From NCBI RefSeq assembly GCF_009914755.1, contig NC_060948.1: DNA of 64,000 bases. One strand, written 5' to 3'. A program made the position numbers and the translations under genes. The stretch's first letter is position 1. Each line of letters starts with the position of its first letter. This DNA is from the human T2T-CHM13v2.0 reference genome, Homo sapiens. This document shows positions 11,901 to 26,900 of the stretch, piece by piece. The notes below the pieces were generated by a model. That model was not told the DNA's origin. It saw nothing but the letters and a program-made list of their open reading frames with translations, and did not search any database.

Positions 11901-14900
11901 TGCAATGGAATAGAATGGAACGAAATTTCACGGAATGGAATCAAACTGAATGGAATCAAATCAATGGAATCTAATCAAATGGAATGGAAAGGAATTGAAT
12001 GGAGTAGATTGGATTGGATGGGATTGGAATGAAATGTACTGGAAAGGACTCGAATTTCATGAAACGGAATGGAATGAATTGGAACGGAATGGACTCGAAT
12101 GGAATGGAATGTCATGGAATGGCATCAAATGGAATGGCATCAAATGGAATGGAATCGAATGCAATGGAATGTTATGGAATGGAATGGAATGCATTGGAAT
12201 GGAATGTCCTCTAATGGAATGGATTCGAGTGGAATGGAATCGAATATAATGGAGTCGAATGAAATGGAATTGAAAGGAATGGGATCGAATAGAATGGAAT
12301 ATACTGGAATGTAATGTAATGAACTCGAATGTAATTGACTGGAATGGAATGTACATGAATGGAAGGTAATCGAATGGAAAGTAATCCAATGGAATAGAAT
12401 CTAATGCAATAAAACCGACTCAGATAGAGTAGAATGTAATGGAATGGAATGCAGTGCAATGGAATGGAATGGAATTGAATGCAATGGAATGGAATGGAAT
12501 GGAATGGAATGGAATGGAATGGAATGGAATGGAATGGGATGGAATGGTATGGAATGGATAGTAATGGACTGGAGTGAAATGGACTGGAAAGGAATGGACT
12601 CAAATTGAAAGGGCTCGAAAGGAATGGAGTCAAATGGAATGGTCTGGAATGGAATGAACACGAATGTAATGCAATCCAATAGAATGGAATCGAATGGCAT
12701 GGAATATAAAGAAATGGATTCGAAGAGAATGGAAACAAATGGAATGGAATTGAATGGAATGGAATTGAATGGAATGGGAACGAATGGAGTGAAATTGTAT
12801 GCAGTAGAAGGGAATAGAATGGAATGCAAGCGAAAGGAAAGGAATGGATTGGAATGGAATGGAATTCATTGGAATGGAAGGGAATGTAGTGTAATGGACA
12901 GGCCTGGAATAAAGTGGAATGCTACGGTCTCGAATGGAATAAAAATGTATGGAATGGAATGCAATGAAACGGAATCGAATGTCATAGAATGTAATGGAAT
13001 GCAAAAAAATGGAATCCAAAATCATTGACTGGAAAGGCTGGGTGTCGAAAGGAATTGACTGCAATGGAATGGAATCGAATGGAATGGAAGTGAATAGAAT
13101 CGAACTAAATCGAATGGAATGGAATTGATAGGAACGGAATGGAAAGGAATGCAATGATTTGGCATGGAATGGAATCGAATGGCATCGAATGGAATGGAAT
13201 GGAATGTATTAGAATGTAATGAACTTTAATGGAATGTACTCGAATGGATTCGACTGGAATGGAATGTTCTGGAAGTGAATGGACTCCAATGGAATGGATT
13301 CAAAAGGAATGGAATCGTACGGAATGGAATCTAATGGAATGGAATTAAATGGAAATGAATCAAATTGAATAGCACGGAATTGAATTGAATGGAATCGAAT
13401 GCAATGGAATCTAATGAAACGGAAAGGAAAGGAATGGAATGGAATGGAATGGGCTGGAATGGAAAGGAATCGAAACGAATGGAATGGAATCGAACTGAAG
13501 AGACTGGAATGGAATGCACTGGAATGGAAGGGAGTGTAATGGAAGGTTCTCAAGAAAAATGGAATCGAATGGAAAGGAATTGAATGGAACGGAATAGAGT
13601 CGAATGGAATTGAATGGAATGGAATGGACTAGAGTGAAATGGAATCGAACCACAAGGAATGGAGAGGAATAGAATGGTCTCGAATTGAATGGAATCGTAT
13701 GGAATGGCATCAAACGGAATGGAATGGACAGCCACGGAATGGAATGCACTCGAATGCAATGGAGTCGAAACTAATGGACTGGAATAGAATGGACTCGACT
13801 GGTACGGACTCCAATGGAATGGAATCGAATGGAAGGGAATCGAACGGAATGGACTCGAAGGGAAAAGACTGCAATGGAAAGGTCTCGAATGGAATGGAAA
13901 TTAATGGAATGGAATGGAATCGAATGAAATGGAGTCAAAAGGAATGGAATCGAATGGCAAGAAATCGAATGTAATGGAATCGCAAGGAATTGATGTGAAC
14001 GGAACGGAATGGAATGGAATCCAAAGGAATGGAATAGAATGGAATGGAATCGAATGGAAAGGACTCGAATGGAAATCACTCGAATAGAATGCAATTTAAT
14101 AAAATAGGATCAAATGTAATGGAATGGAATGGAAAGGAATCGAAACGAAAGGAATGGAGACAGATGGAATGGAATAGAACAGAGAGCAATGGTATAGAAT
14201 GGAATGGAATCATCTGGAATGGAATTGAATGGAATGGAATAATATGAAATGGAATGGAATGGAATGGAATGGAATGCCCTTGAATTAAATGGACTGGAAT
14301 GGAATGGACTCGAACAGAGTGGAATGGAAAGTGTTGAGATAGAATGGAATGGACTCCTTTGGAATGGTGTAGTATGCAGTGCAATCGACTGGCAGGGAAT
14401 CAAAAGGAATGTAATGGAATGGATTGGACTGGAATGCAATGGACTCGAATAGATTGGAAACGGAATGCAAAGGAATGGAATGGAATAGTATGGAATGGAA
14501 TGGAAAGGAATGGAGTGGAATAGACTAGAGTGGAATGGAATGGACTGGAAAGCAATGGACTGGAATGGAACTTTCTTGAATGGACTGAAATCAAACGGAA
14601 TGGAATGCAATGCAATCAAATGGCATGGAATAAAATAGAATGAAAGAGAATCAAATGGAATTGAATCGAATGGAATCGAATGGATTGGAAAGGAATAGAA
14701 TGGAATTGAATGGAATTGACTCAAATGGAATGGACTAGAATGGAATGGATTCGAATGGAAGGCAAAGGAATGGAATCTATTGGAATGGACTGTAATGGAA
14801 TGGAATGGAAGGGATTGGAATGGACTCGAATGGAATGGACTGCAATAGAAAGGATTCGAATGGAATGAAAAAGAATTGAATGGAATAGAACAGAATGGAA

Positions 14901-17900
14901 TCAAATCGAATGAAATGGAATGGAATAGAAAGGAATGGAATGAAATGGAATGGAAAGGATTCGAATGGAATGCAATCGAATGGAATGGAGTCGAACGGAA
15001 TGGAATAAAATGGAAGAAAACTGGCAAGAAATGGAATCGAAATGAATGGAGTGTTATGGAACGGACTCAAAAGGAATTGAATGTAATAGAATGGAGTGGA
15101 GTGGACTCGAATATAATGGACTGGAATGGAATGAAATCACATGGAATGGGAACGAATGGAATGGAATGGAAAGGAATGGAATCGAATGGAAAGGAATCGA
15201 ATGGAAGGGAATGAAATTGAATCAACAGGAATGGAAGGGAATAGAATAGACGGTAATGGAATGGACTCGAATAGAATGGACACGAATGCTCAAATTGAAT
15301 GGACTCGAATGGAATGGAAACGAAAGGAATGTCATCGAATGGAATTGAATCGATTGGAATGAAATCGCATAGAATGGAGTGGAATCAAATGGAATTGAAT
15401 CGAAAGGAAAGGAAGCGAATGGACTGAAATGAAATGGAATGGAATTGAATGGAAAGTAATGCAATGGAATAGAATGGAACGAAATTTCACGGAATGGAAT
15501 CAAACTGAATGGAATCAAATCAATGGAATCAAATCAAATGGAATGGAAAGGAATTGAATGGAGTAGATTGGATTGGACGGGATTGGAATGAAATGTACTG
15601 GAAAGGACTCGAATTTCATGAAACGGAATGGAATGAATTGGAACGGAATGGACTCGAATGGAATGGAATGTCATGGAATGGCATCAAATGGAATGGCATC
15701 AAATGGAATGGAATCGAATGCAATGGAATGCTATGGAATGGAATGGAATGCATTGGAATGGAATGTCCTCTAATGGAATGGATTCGAGTGGAATGGAATC
15801 GAATATAATGGAGTCGAATGAAATGGAATTGAAAGGAATGGGATCGAATACAATGGAATATACTGGAATGTAATGTAATGAACTCGAATGTAATTGACTG
15901 GAATGGAATGTACATGAATGGAATGTAATCGAATGGAAAGTAATCCAATGGAATAGAATCTAATGCAATAAAATCGACTCAGATAGAGTAGAATGTAATG
16001 GAATGGAGTGCAGTGCAATGGAATGGAATGGAATGGAATGCAATTGAATGGAATGGAATGGAATGGAATGGAATGGAATGGAATGGAATGGAATGGGATG
16101 GAATGGTATGGAATGGATAGTAATGGACTGGAGTGAAATGGACTGGAAAGGAATGGACTCAAATTGAAAGGGCTCGAAAGGAATGGAGTCAAATGGAATG
16201 GTCTGGAATGGAATGAACACGAATGTAATGCAATCCAATAGAATGGAATCGAATGGCATGGAATATAAAGAAATGGAATCGGAGAGAATGGAAACAAATG
16301 GAGTGGAATTGAATGGAATGGAATTGAATGGAATGGGAACGAATGGAGTGAAATTGTATGCAGTAGAAGGGAATAGAATGGAATGCAAGTGAAAGGAAAG
16401 GAATGGATTGGAATGGAATGGAATTCATTGGAATGGAAGGGAATGTAGTGTAATGGACAGGCCTGGAATAAAGTGGAATGCTACGGTCTCGAATGGAATA
16501 AAAATGTATGGAATGGAATGCAATGAAATGGAATCGAATGTCATAGAATGTAATGGAATGCAACAAAATGGAATCCAAAATCATTGACTGGAAAGGCTGG
16601 GTGTCGAAAGGAATTGACTCCAATGGAATGGAATCGAATGGAATGGAAGTGAATAGAATCGAACTAAATCGAATGGAATGGAATTGATAGGAACGGAATG
16701 GAAAGGAATGCAATGATTTGGCATGGAATGGAATCGAATGGCATCGAATGGAATGGAATGGAATGCAATGGAATGGAATGTATTAGAATGTAATGAACTT
16801 TAATGGAATGTACTCGAATGGATTCGACTGGAATGGAATGTTCTGGAAGTGAATGGACTCCAATGGAATGGATTCAAAAGGAATGGAATCGTACGGAATG
16901 GAATCTAATGGAATGGAATTAAATGGAAATGAATCAAATTGAATAGAACGGAATTGAATTGAATGGAATGGAATGCAATGGAATCTAACGAAACGGAAAG
17001 GAAAGGAATGCAATGGAATGGAATGGGCTGGAATGGAAAGGAATTGAAACGAATGGAATGGAATCGAACTGAAGAGACTGGAATGGAATGCACTGGAATG
17101 GAAGGGAGTGTAATGGAAGGTTCTCGAAAAAAATGGAATCGAATGGAATGGAATTGAATGGAACGGAATAGAGTCGAATGGAATTGAATGGAATGGAATG
17201 GACTAGAGTGAAATGGAATCGAACCACAAGGAATGGACAGAAATAGAATGGTCTCGAATTGAATGGAATCGTATGGAATGGCATCAAACGGAATGGAATG
17301 GACAGCCACGGAATGGAATGCACTCGAATGCAATGGAGTCGAAACTAATGGACTGGAATAGAATGGACTCGACTGGTACGGACTCCAATGGAATGGAATC
17401 GAATGGAAGGGAATCGAACGGAATGGACTCGAAGGGAAAAGACTGCAATGGAAAGGTCTCGAATGGAATGGAAATTAATGGAATGGAATGGAATCGAATG
17501 AAATGGAGTCAAAAGGAATGGAATCGAATGGCAAGAAATCGAATGTAATGGAATCGCAAGGAATTGATGTGAACGGAACGGAATGGAATGGAATCCAAAG
17601 GAATGGAATAGAATGGAATGGAATCGAATGGAAAGGACTCGAATGGAAATCACTCGAATAGAATGCAATTTAATAAAATAGGATCAAATGTAATGGAATG
17701 GAATGGAAAGGAATCGAAACGAAAGGAATGGAGACAGATGGAATGGAATGGAACAGAGAGCAATGGTATAGAATGGAATGGAATCATCTGGAAAGGAATT
17801 GAATGGAATGGAATAATATGAAATGGAATGGAATGGAATGGAATGGAATGCCCTTGAATTAAATGGACTGGAATGGAATGGACTCGAACAGAGTGGAATG

Positions 17901-20900
17901 GAAAGTGTTGAGATAGAATGGAATGGACTCCTTTGGAATGGTGTAGTATGCAATGCAATCGACTGGCAGGGAATCAAAAGGAATGTAATCGAATGGATTG
18001 GACTGGAATGCAATGGACTCGAATAGATTGGAAACGGAATGCAAAGGAATGGAATGGAATAGTATGGAATGGAATGGAAAGGAATGGAGTGGAATAGACT
18101 AGAGTGGAATGGAATGGACTGGAAAGCAATGGACTGGAATGGAACTTTCTTGAATGGACTGGAATCAAACGGAATGGAATGCAATGCAATCAAATGGCAT
18201 GGAATAAAATAGAATGAAAGAGAATCAAATGGAATTGAATCGAATGGAATCGAATGGATTGGAAAGGAATAGAATGGAATGGAATGGAATGGACTCAAAT
18301 GGAATGGACTAGAATGGAATGGATTCGAATGGAAGGCAAAGGAATGGAATCTATTGGAATGGACTGTAATGGAATGGAATGGAAGGGATTGGAATGGACT
18401 CGAATGGAATGGACTGCAATAGAAAGGATTCGAATGGAATGAAAAAGAATTGAATGGAATAGAACAGAATGGAATCAAATCGAATGAAATGGAATGGAAT
18501 AGAAAGGAATGGAATGAAATGGAATGGAAAGGATTCGAATGGAATGCAATCGAATGGAATGGAATCGAACGGAATGGAATAAAATGGAAGAAAACTGGCA
18601 AGAAATGGAATCGAAATGAATGGAGTGTTATGGAACGGACTCAAAAGGAATTGAATGTAATAGAATGGAGTGGAGTGGACTCGAATATAATGGACTGGAA
18701 TGGAATGAAATCACATGGAATGGGAACGAATGGAATGGAATGGAAAGGAATGGAATCGAATGGAAAGGAATCGAATGGAAGGGAATGAAATTGAATCAAC
18801 AGGAATGGAAGGGAATAGAATAGACGGTAATGGAATGGACTCGAATAGAATGGACACGAATGCTCAAATTGAATGGACTCGAATGGAATGGAAACGAAAG
18901 GAATGTCATCGAATGGAATTGAATCGATTGGAATGAAATCGCATAGAATGGAGTGGAATCAAATGGAATTGAATCGAAAGGAAAGGAAGCGAATGGACTG
19001 AAATGAAATGGAATGGAATTGAATGGAAAGTAATGCAATGGAATAGAATGGAACGAAATTTCACGGAATGGAATCAAACTGAATGGAATCAAATCAATGG
19101 AATCTAATCAAATGGAATGGAAAGGAATTGAATGGAGTAGATTGGATTGGATGGGATTGGAATGAAATGTACTGGAAAGGACTCGAATTTCATGAAACGG
19201 AATGGAATGAATTGGAACGGAACGGACTCGAATGGAATGGAATGTCATGGAATGGCATCAAATGGAATGGCATCAAATGGAATGGAATCGAATGCAATGG
19301 AATGCTATGGAATGGAATGGAATGCATTTTAATGGAATGTCCTCTAATGGAATGGATTCGAGTGGAATGGAATCGAATATAATGGAGTCGAATGAAATGG
19401 AATTGAAAGGAATGGGATCGAATACAATGGAATATACTGGAATGAAATGTAATGAACTCGAATGTAATTGACTGGAATGGAATGTACATGAATGGAATGT
19501 AATCGAATGGAAATTAATCCAATGGAATAGAATCTAATGCAATAAAATCGACTCAGATAGAGTAGAATGTAATGGAATGGAGTGCAGTGCAATGGAATGG
19601 AATGGAATGGAATGGAATGGAATGGAATGGAATGGAATGGAATGGTGTGGAATGGATAGTAATGGACTGGAGTGAAATGGACTGGAAAGGAATGGACTCA
19701 AATTGAAAGGGCTCGAAAGGAATGGAGTCAAATGGAATGGTCTGGAATGGAATGAACACGAATGTAATGCAATCCAATAGAATGGAATCGAATGGCATGG
19801 AATATAAAGAAATGGAATCGAAGAGAATGGAAACAAATGGAATGGAATTGAATGGAATGGAATTGAATGGAATGGGAACTAATGGAGTGAAATTGTATGC
19901 AGTAGAAGGGAATAGAATGGAATGCAAGCGAAAGGAAAGGAATGGATTGGAATGGAATGGAATTCATTGGAATGGAAGGGAATGTAGTGTAATGGACAGG
20001 CCTGGAATAAAGTGGAATGCTACGGTCTCGAATGGAATAAAAATGTATGGAATGGAATGCAATGAAATGGAATCGAATGTCATAGAATGTAATGGAATGC
20101 AAAAAAATGGAATCCAAAATCATTGACTGGAAAGGCTGGGTGTCGAAAGGAATTGACTCCAATGGAATGGAATCGAATGGAATGGAAGTGAATAGAATCG
20201 AACTAAATCGAATGGAATGGAATTGATAGGAACGGAATGGAAAGGAATGCAATGATTTGGCATGGAATGGAATCGAATGGCATCGAATGGAATGGAATGG
20301 AATGCAATGGAATGGAATGTATTAGAATGTAATGAACTTTAATGGAATGTACTCGAATGGATTCGACTGGAATGGAATGTTCTGGAAGTGAATGGACTCC
20401 AATGGAATGGATTCAAAAGGAATGGAATCGTACGGAATGGAATCTAATGGAATGGAATTAAATGGAAATGAATCAAATTGAATAGCACGGAATTGAATTG
20501 CATGGAATGGAATGCAATGGAATCTAATGAAACGGAAAGGAAAGGAATGGAATGGAATGGAATGGACTGGAATGGAAAGGAATCGAAACGAATGGAATGG
20601 AATCGAACTGAAGAGACTGGAATGGAATGCACTGGAATGGAAGGGAGTGTAATGGAAGGTTCTCGAAAAAAATGGAATCGAATGGAATGGAATTGAATGG
20701 AACGGAATAGAGTCGAATGGAATTGAATGGAATGGAATGGACTAGAGTGAAATGGAATTGAACCACAAGGAATGGACATGAATAGAATGGTCTCGAATTG
20801 AATGGAATCGTATGGAATGGCATCAAACGGAATGGAGTGGACAGCCACGGAATGGAATGCACTCGAATGCAATGGAGTCGAAACTAATGGACTGGAATAG

Positions 20901-23900
20901 AATGGACTCGACTGGTACGGACTCCAATGGAATGGAATCGAATGGAAGGGAATCGAACGGAAGGGAATCGAAGGGAAAAGACTGCAATGGAAAGGTCTCG
21001 AATGGAATGGAAATTAATGGAATGGAATGGAATCGAATGAAATGGAGTCAAAAGGAATGGAATCGAATGGCAAGAAATCGAATGTAATGGAATCACAAGG
21101 AATTGATGTGAACGGAACGGAATGGAATGGAATCCAAAGGAATGGAATAGAATGGAATGGAATCGAATGGAAAGGACTCGAATGGAAATCACTCGAATAG
21201 AATGCAATTTAATAAAATAGGATCAAATGTAATGGAATGGAATGGAAAGGAATCGAAACGAAAGGAATGGAGACAGATGGAATGGAATGGAACAGAGAGC
21301 AATGGTATAGAATGGAATGGAATCATCTGGAATGGAATTGAATGGAATGGAATAATATGAAATGGAATGGAATGGAATGGAATGGAATGCCCTTGAATTA
21401 AATGGACTGGAATGGAATGGACTCGAACAGAGTGGAATGGAAAGTGTTGAGGTAGAATGGAATGGACTCCTTTGGAATGGTGTAGTATGCAATGCAATCG
21501 ACTGGCAGGGAATCAAAAGGAATGTAATCGAATGGATTGGACTGGAATGCAATGGACTCGAATAGATTGCAAACGGAATGCAAAGGAATGGAATGGAATA
21601 GTATGGAATGGAATGGAAAGGAACGGAGTGGAATAGACTAGAGTGGAATGGAATGGACTGGAAAGCAATGGACTGGAATGGAACTTTCTTGAATGGACTG
21701 GAATCAAACGGAATGGAATGCAATGCAATCAAATGGCATGGAATAAAATAGAATGAAAGAGAATCAAATGGAATTGAATCGAATGGAATCGAATGGATTG
21801 GAAAGGAATAGAATGGAATGGAATGGAATGGACTCAAATGGAATGGACTAGAATGGAATGGATTCGAATGGAAGGCAAAGGAATGGAATCTATTGGAATG
21901 GACTGTAATGGAATGGAATGGAAGGGATTGGAATGGACTCGAATGGAATGGACTGCAATAGAAAGGATTCGAATGGAATGAAAAAGAATTGAATGGAATA
22001 GAACAGAATGGAATCAAATCGAATGAAATGGAATGGAATAGAAAGGAATGGAATGAAATGGAATGGAAAGGATTCGAATGGAATGCAATCGAATGGAATG
22101 GAATCGAACGGAATGGAATAAAATGGAAGAAAACTGGCAAGAAATGGAATCGAAATGAATGGAGTGTTATGGAACGGACTCAAAAGGAATTGAATGTAAT
22201 AGAATGGAGTGGAGTGGACTCGAATATAATGGACTGGAATGGAATGAAATCACATGGAATGGGAACGAATGGAATGGAATGGAAAGGAATGGAATCGAAT
22301 GGAAAGGAATCGAATGGAAGGGAATGAAATTGAATCAACAGGAATGGAAGGGAATAGAATAGACGGTAATGGAATGGACTCGAATAGAATGGACACGAAT
22401 GCTCAAATTGAATGGACTCGAATGGAATGGAAACGAAAGGAATGTCATCGAATGGAATTGAATCGATTGGAATGAAATCGCATAGAATGGAGTGGAATCA
22501 AATGGAATTGAATCGAAAGGAAAGGAAGCGAATGGACTGAAATGAAATGGAATGGAATTGAATGGAAAGTAATGCAATGGAATAGAATGGAACGAAATTT
22601 CACGGAATGGAATCAAACTGAATGGAATCAAATCAATGGAATCTAATCAAATGGAATGGAAAGGAATTGAATGGAGTAGATGGGATTGGATGGGATTGGA
22701 ATGAAATGTACTGGAAAGGACTCGAATTTCATGAAACGGAATGGAATGAATTGGAACGGAATGGACTCGAATGGAATGGAATGTCATGGAATGGCATCAA
22801 ATGGAATGGCATCAAATGGAATGGAATCGAATGCAATGGAATGCTATGGAATGGAATGGAATGCATTGGAATGGAATGTCCTCTAATGGAATGGATTCGA
22901 GTGGAATGGAATCGAATATAATGGAGTCGAATGAAATGGAATTGAAAGGAATGGGATCGAATACAATGGAATATACTGGAATGTAATGTAATGAACTCGA
23001 ATGTAATTGACTGGAATGGAATGTACATGAATGGAATGTAATCGAATGGAAAGTAATCCAATGGAATAGAATCTAATGCAATAAAATCGACTCAGATAGA
23101 GTAGAATGTAATGGAATGGAGTGCAGTGCAATGGAATGGAATGGAATGGAATGCAATTGAATGGAATGGAATGGAATGGAATGGAATGGAATGGGATGGA
23201 ATGGTATGGAATGGATAGTAATGGACTGGAGTGAAATGGACTGGAAAGGAATGGACTCAAATTGAAAGGGCTCGAAAGGAATGGAGTCAAATGGAATGGT
23301 CTGGAATGGAATGAACACGAATGTAATGCAATCCAATAGAATGGAATCGAATGGCATGGAATATAAAGAAATGGAATCGGAGAGAATGGAAACAAATGGA
23401 ATGGAATTGAATGGAATGGAATTGAATGGAATGGGAACGAATGGAGTGAAATTGTATGCAGTAGAAGGGAATAGAATGGAATGCAAGCGAAAGGAAAGGA
23501 ATGGATTGGAATGGAATGGAATTCATTGGAATGGAAGGGAATGTAGTGTAATGGACAGGCCTGGAATAAAGTGGAATGCTACGGTCTCGAATGGAATAAA
23601 AATGTATGGAATGGAATGCAATGAAATGGAATCGAATGTCATAGAATGTAATGGAATGCAACAAAATGGAATCCAATATCATTGACTGGAAAGGCTGGGT
23701 GTCGAAAGGAATTGACTCCAATGGAATGGAATCGAATGGAATGGAAGTGAATAGAATCGAACTAAATCGAATGGAATGGAATTGATAGGAACGGAATGGA
23801 AAGGAATGCAATGATTTGGCATGGAATGGAATCGAATGGCATCGAATGGAATGGAATGGAATGCAATGGAATGGAATGTATTAGAATGTAATGAACTTTA

Positions 23901-26900
23901 ATGGAATGTACTCGAATGGATTCGACTGGAATGGAATGTTCTGGAAGTGAATGGACTCCAATGGAATGGATTCAAAAGGAATGGAATCGTACGGAATGGA
24001 ATCTAATGGAATGGAATTAAATGGAAATGAATCAAATTGAATAGCACGGAATTGAATTGAATGGAATGGAATGCAATGGAATCTAATGAAACGGAAAGGA
24101 AAGGAATGGAATGGAATGGAATGGGCTGGAATGGAAAGGAATCGAAACGAATGGAATGGAATCGAACTGAAGAGACTGGAATGGAATGCACTGGAATGGA
24201 AGGGAGTGTAATGGAAGGTTCTCGAAAAAAATGGAATCGAATGGAATGCAATTGAATGGAACGGAATAGAGTCGAATGGAATTGAATGGAATGGAATGGA
24301 CTAGAGTGAAATGGAATCGAACCACAAGGAATGGAGAGGAATAGAATGGTCTCGAATTGAATGGAATCGTATGGAATGGCATCAAACGGAATGGAATGGA
24401 CAGCCACGGAATGGAATGCACTCGAATGCAATGGAGTCGAAACTAATGGACTGGAATAGAATGGACTCGACTGGTACGGACTCCAATGGAATGGAATCGA
24501 ATGGAAGGGAATCGAACGGAATGGACTCGAAGGGAAAAGACTGCAATGGAAAGGTCTCGAATGGAATGGAAATTAATGGAATGGAATGGAATCGAATGAA
24601 ATGGAGTCAAAAGTAATGGAATCGAATGGCAAGAAATCGAATGTAATGGAATCGCAAGGAATTGATGTGAACGGAGCGGAATGGAATGGAATCCAAAGGA
24701 ATGGAATAGAATGGAATGGAATCGAATGGAAAGGACTCGAATGGAAATCACTCGAATAGAATGCAATTTAATAAAATAGGATCAAATGTAATGGAATGGA
24801 ATGGAAAGGAATCGAAACGAAAGGAATGGAGACAGATGGAATGGAATGGAACAGAGAGCAATGGTATAGAATGGAATGGAATCATCTGGAATGGAATTGA
24901 ATGGAATGGAATAATATGAAATGGAATGGAATGGAATGGAATGGAATGCCCTTGAATTGAATGGACTGGAATGGAATGGACTCGAACAGAGTGGAATGGA
25001 AAGTGTTGAGATAGAATGGAATGGACTCCTTTGGAATGGTCTAGTATGCAATGCAATCGACTGGCAGGGAATCAAAAGGAATGTAATCGAATGGATTGGA
25101 CTGGAATGCAATGGACTCGAATAGATTGGAAACGGAATGCAAAGGAATGGAATGGAATAGTATGGAATGGAATGGAAAGGAATGGAGTGGAATAGACTAG
25201 AGTGGAATGGAATGGACTGGAAAGCAATGGACTGGAATGGAACTTTCTTGAATGGACTGGAATCAAACGGAATGGAATGCAATGCAATCAAATGGCATGG
25301 AATAAAATAGAATGAAAGAGAATCAAATGGAATTGAATCGAATGGAATCGAATGGATTGGAAAGGAATAGAATGGAATGGAATGGAATTGACTCAAATGG
25401 AATGGACTAGAATGGAATGGATTCGAATGGAAGGCAAAGGAATGGAATCTATTGGAATGGACTGTAATGGAATGGAATGGAAGGGATTGGAATGGACTCG
25501 AATGGAATGGACTGCAATAGAAAGGATTCGAATGGAATGAAAAAGAATTGAATGGAATAGAACAGAATGGAATCAAATCGAATGAAATGGAATGGAATAG
25601 AAAGGAATGGAATGAAATGGAATGGAAAGGATTCGAATGGAATGCAATCGAATGGAATGGAATCGAACGGAATGGAATAAAATGGAAGAAAACTGGCAAG
25701 AAATGGAATCGAAATGAATGGAGTGTTATGGAACGGACTCAAAAGGAATTGAATGTAATAGAATGGAGTGGAGTGGACTCGAATATAATGGACTGGAATG
25801 GAATGAAATCACATGGAATGGGAACGAATGGAATGGAATGGAAAGGAATGGAATCGAATGGAAAGGAATCGAATGGAAGGGAATGAAATTGAATCAGCAG
25901 GAATGGAAGGGAATAGAATAGACGGTAATGGAATGGACTCGAATAGAATGGACACGAATGCTCAAATTGAATGGACTCGAATGGAATGGAAACGAAAGGA
26001 ATGTCATCGAATGGAATTGAATCGATTGGAATGAAATCGCATAGAATGGAGTGGAATCAAATGGAATTGAATCGAAAGGAAAGGAAGCGAATGGACTGAA
26101 ATGAAATGGAATGGAATTGAATGGAAAGTAATGCAATGGAATAGAATGGAACGAAATTTCACGGAATGGAATCAAACTGAATGGAATCAAATCAATGGAA
26201 TCTAATCAAATGGAATGGAAAGGAATTGAATGGAGTAGATTGGATTGGATGGGATTGGAATGAAATGTACTGGAAAGGACTCGAATTTCATGAAACGGAA
26301 TGGAATGAATTGGAACGGAATGGACTCGAATGGAATGGAATGTCATGGAATGGCATCAAATGGAATGGCATCAAATGGAATGGAATCGAATGCAATGGAA
26401 TGTTATGGAATGGAATGGAATGCATTGGAATGGAATGTCCTCTAATGGAATGGATTCGAGTGGAATGGAATCGAATATAATGGAGTCGAATGAAATGGAA
26501 TTGAAAGGAATGGGATCGAATAGAATGGAATATACTGGAATGTAATGTAATGAACTCGAATGTAATTGACTGGAATGGAATGTACATGAATGGAAGGTAA
26601 TCGAATGGAAAGTAATCCAATGGAATAGAATCTAATGCAATAAAACCGACTCAGATAGAGTAGAATGTAATGGAATGGAATGCAGTGCAATGGAATGGAA
26701 TGGAATTGAATGCAATGGAATGGAATGGAATGGAATGGAATGGAATGGAATGGAATGGAATGGAATGGAATGGGATGGAATGGTATGGAATGGATAGTAA
26801 TGGACTGGAGTGAAATGGACTGGAAAGGAATGGACTCAAATTGAAAGGGCTCGAAAGGAATGGAGTCAAATGGAATGGTCTGGAATGGAATGAACACGAA

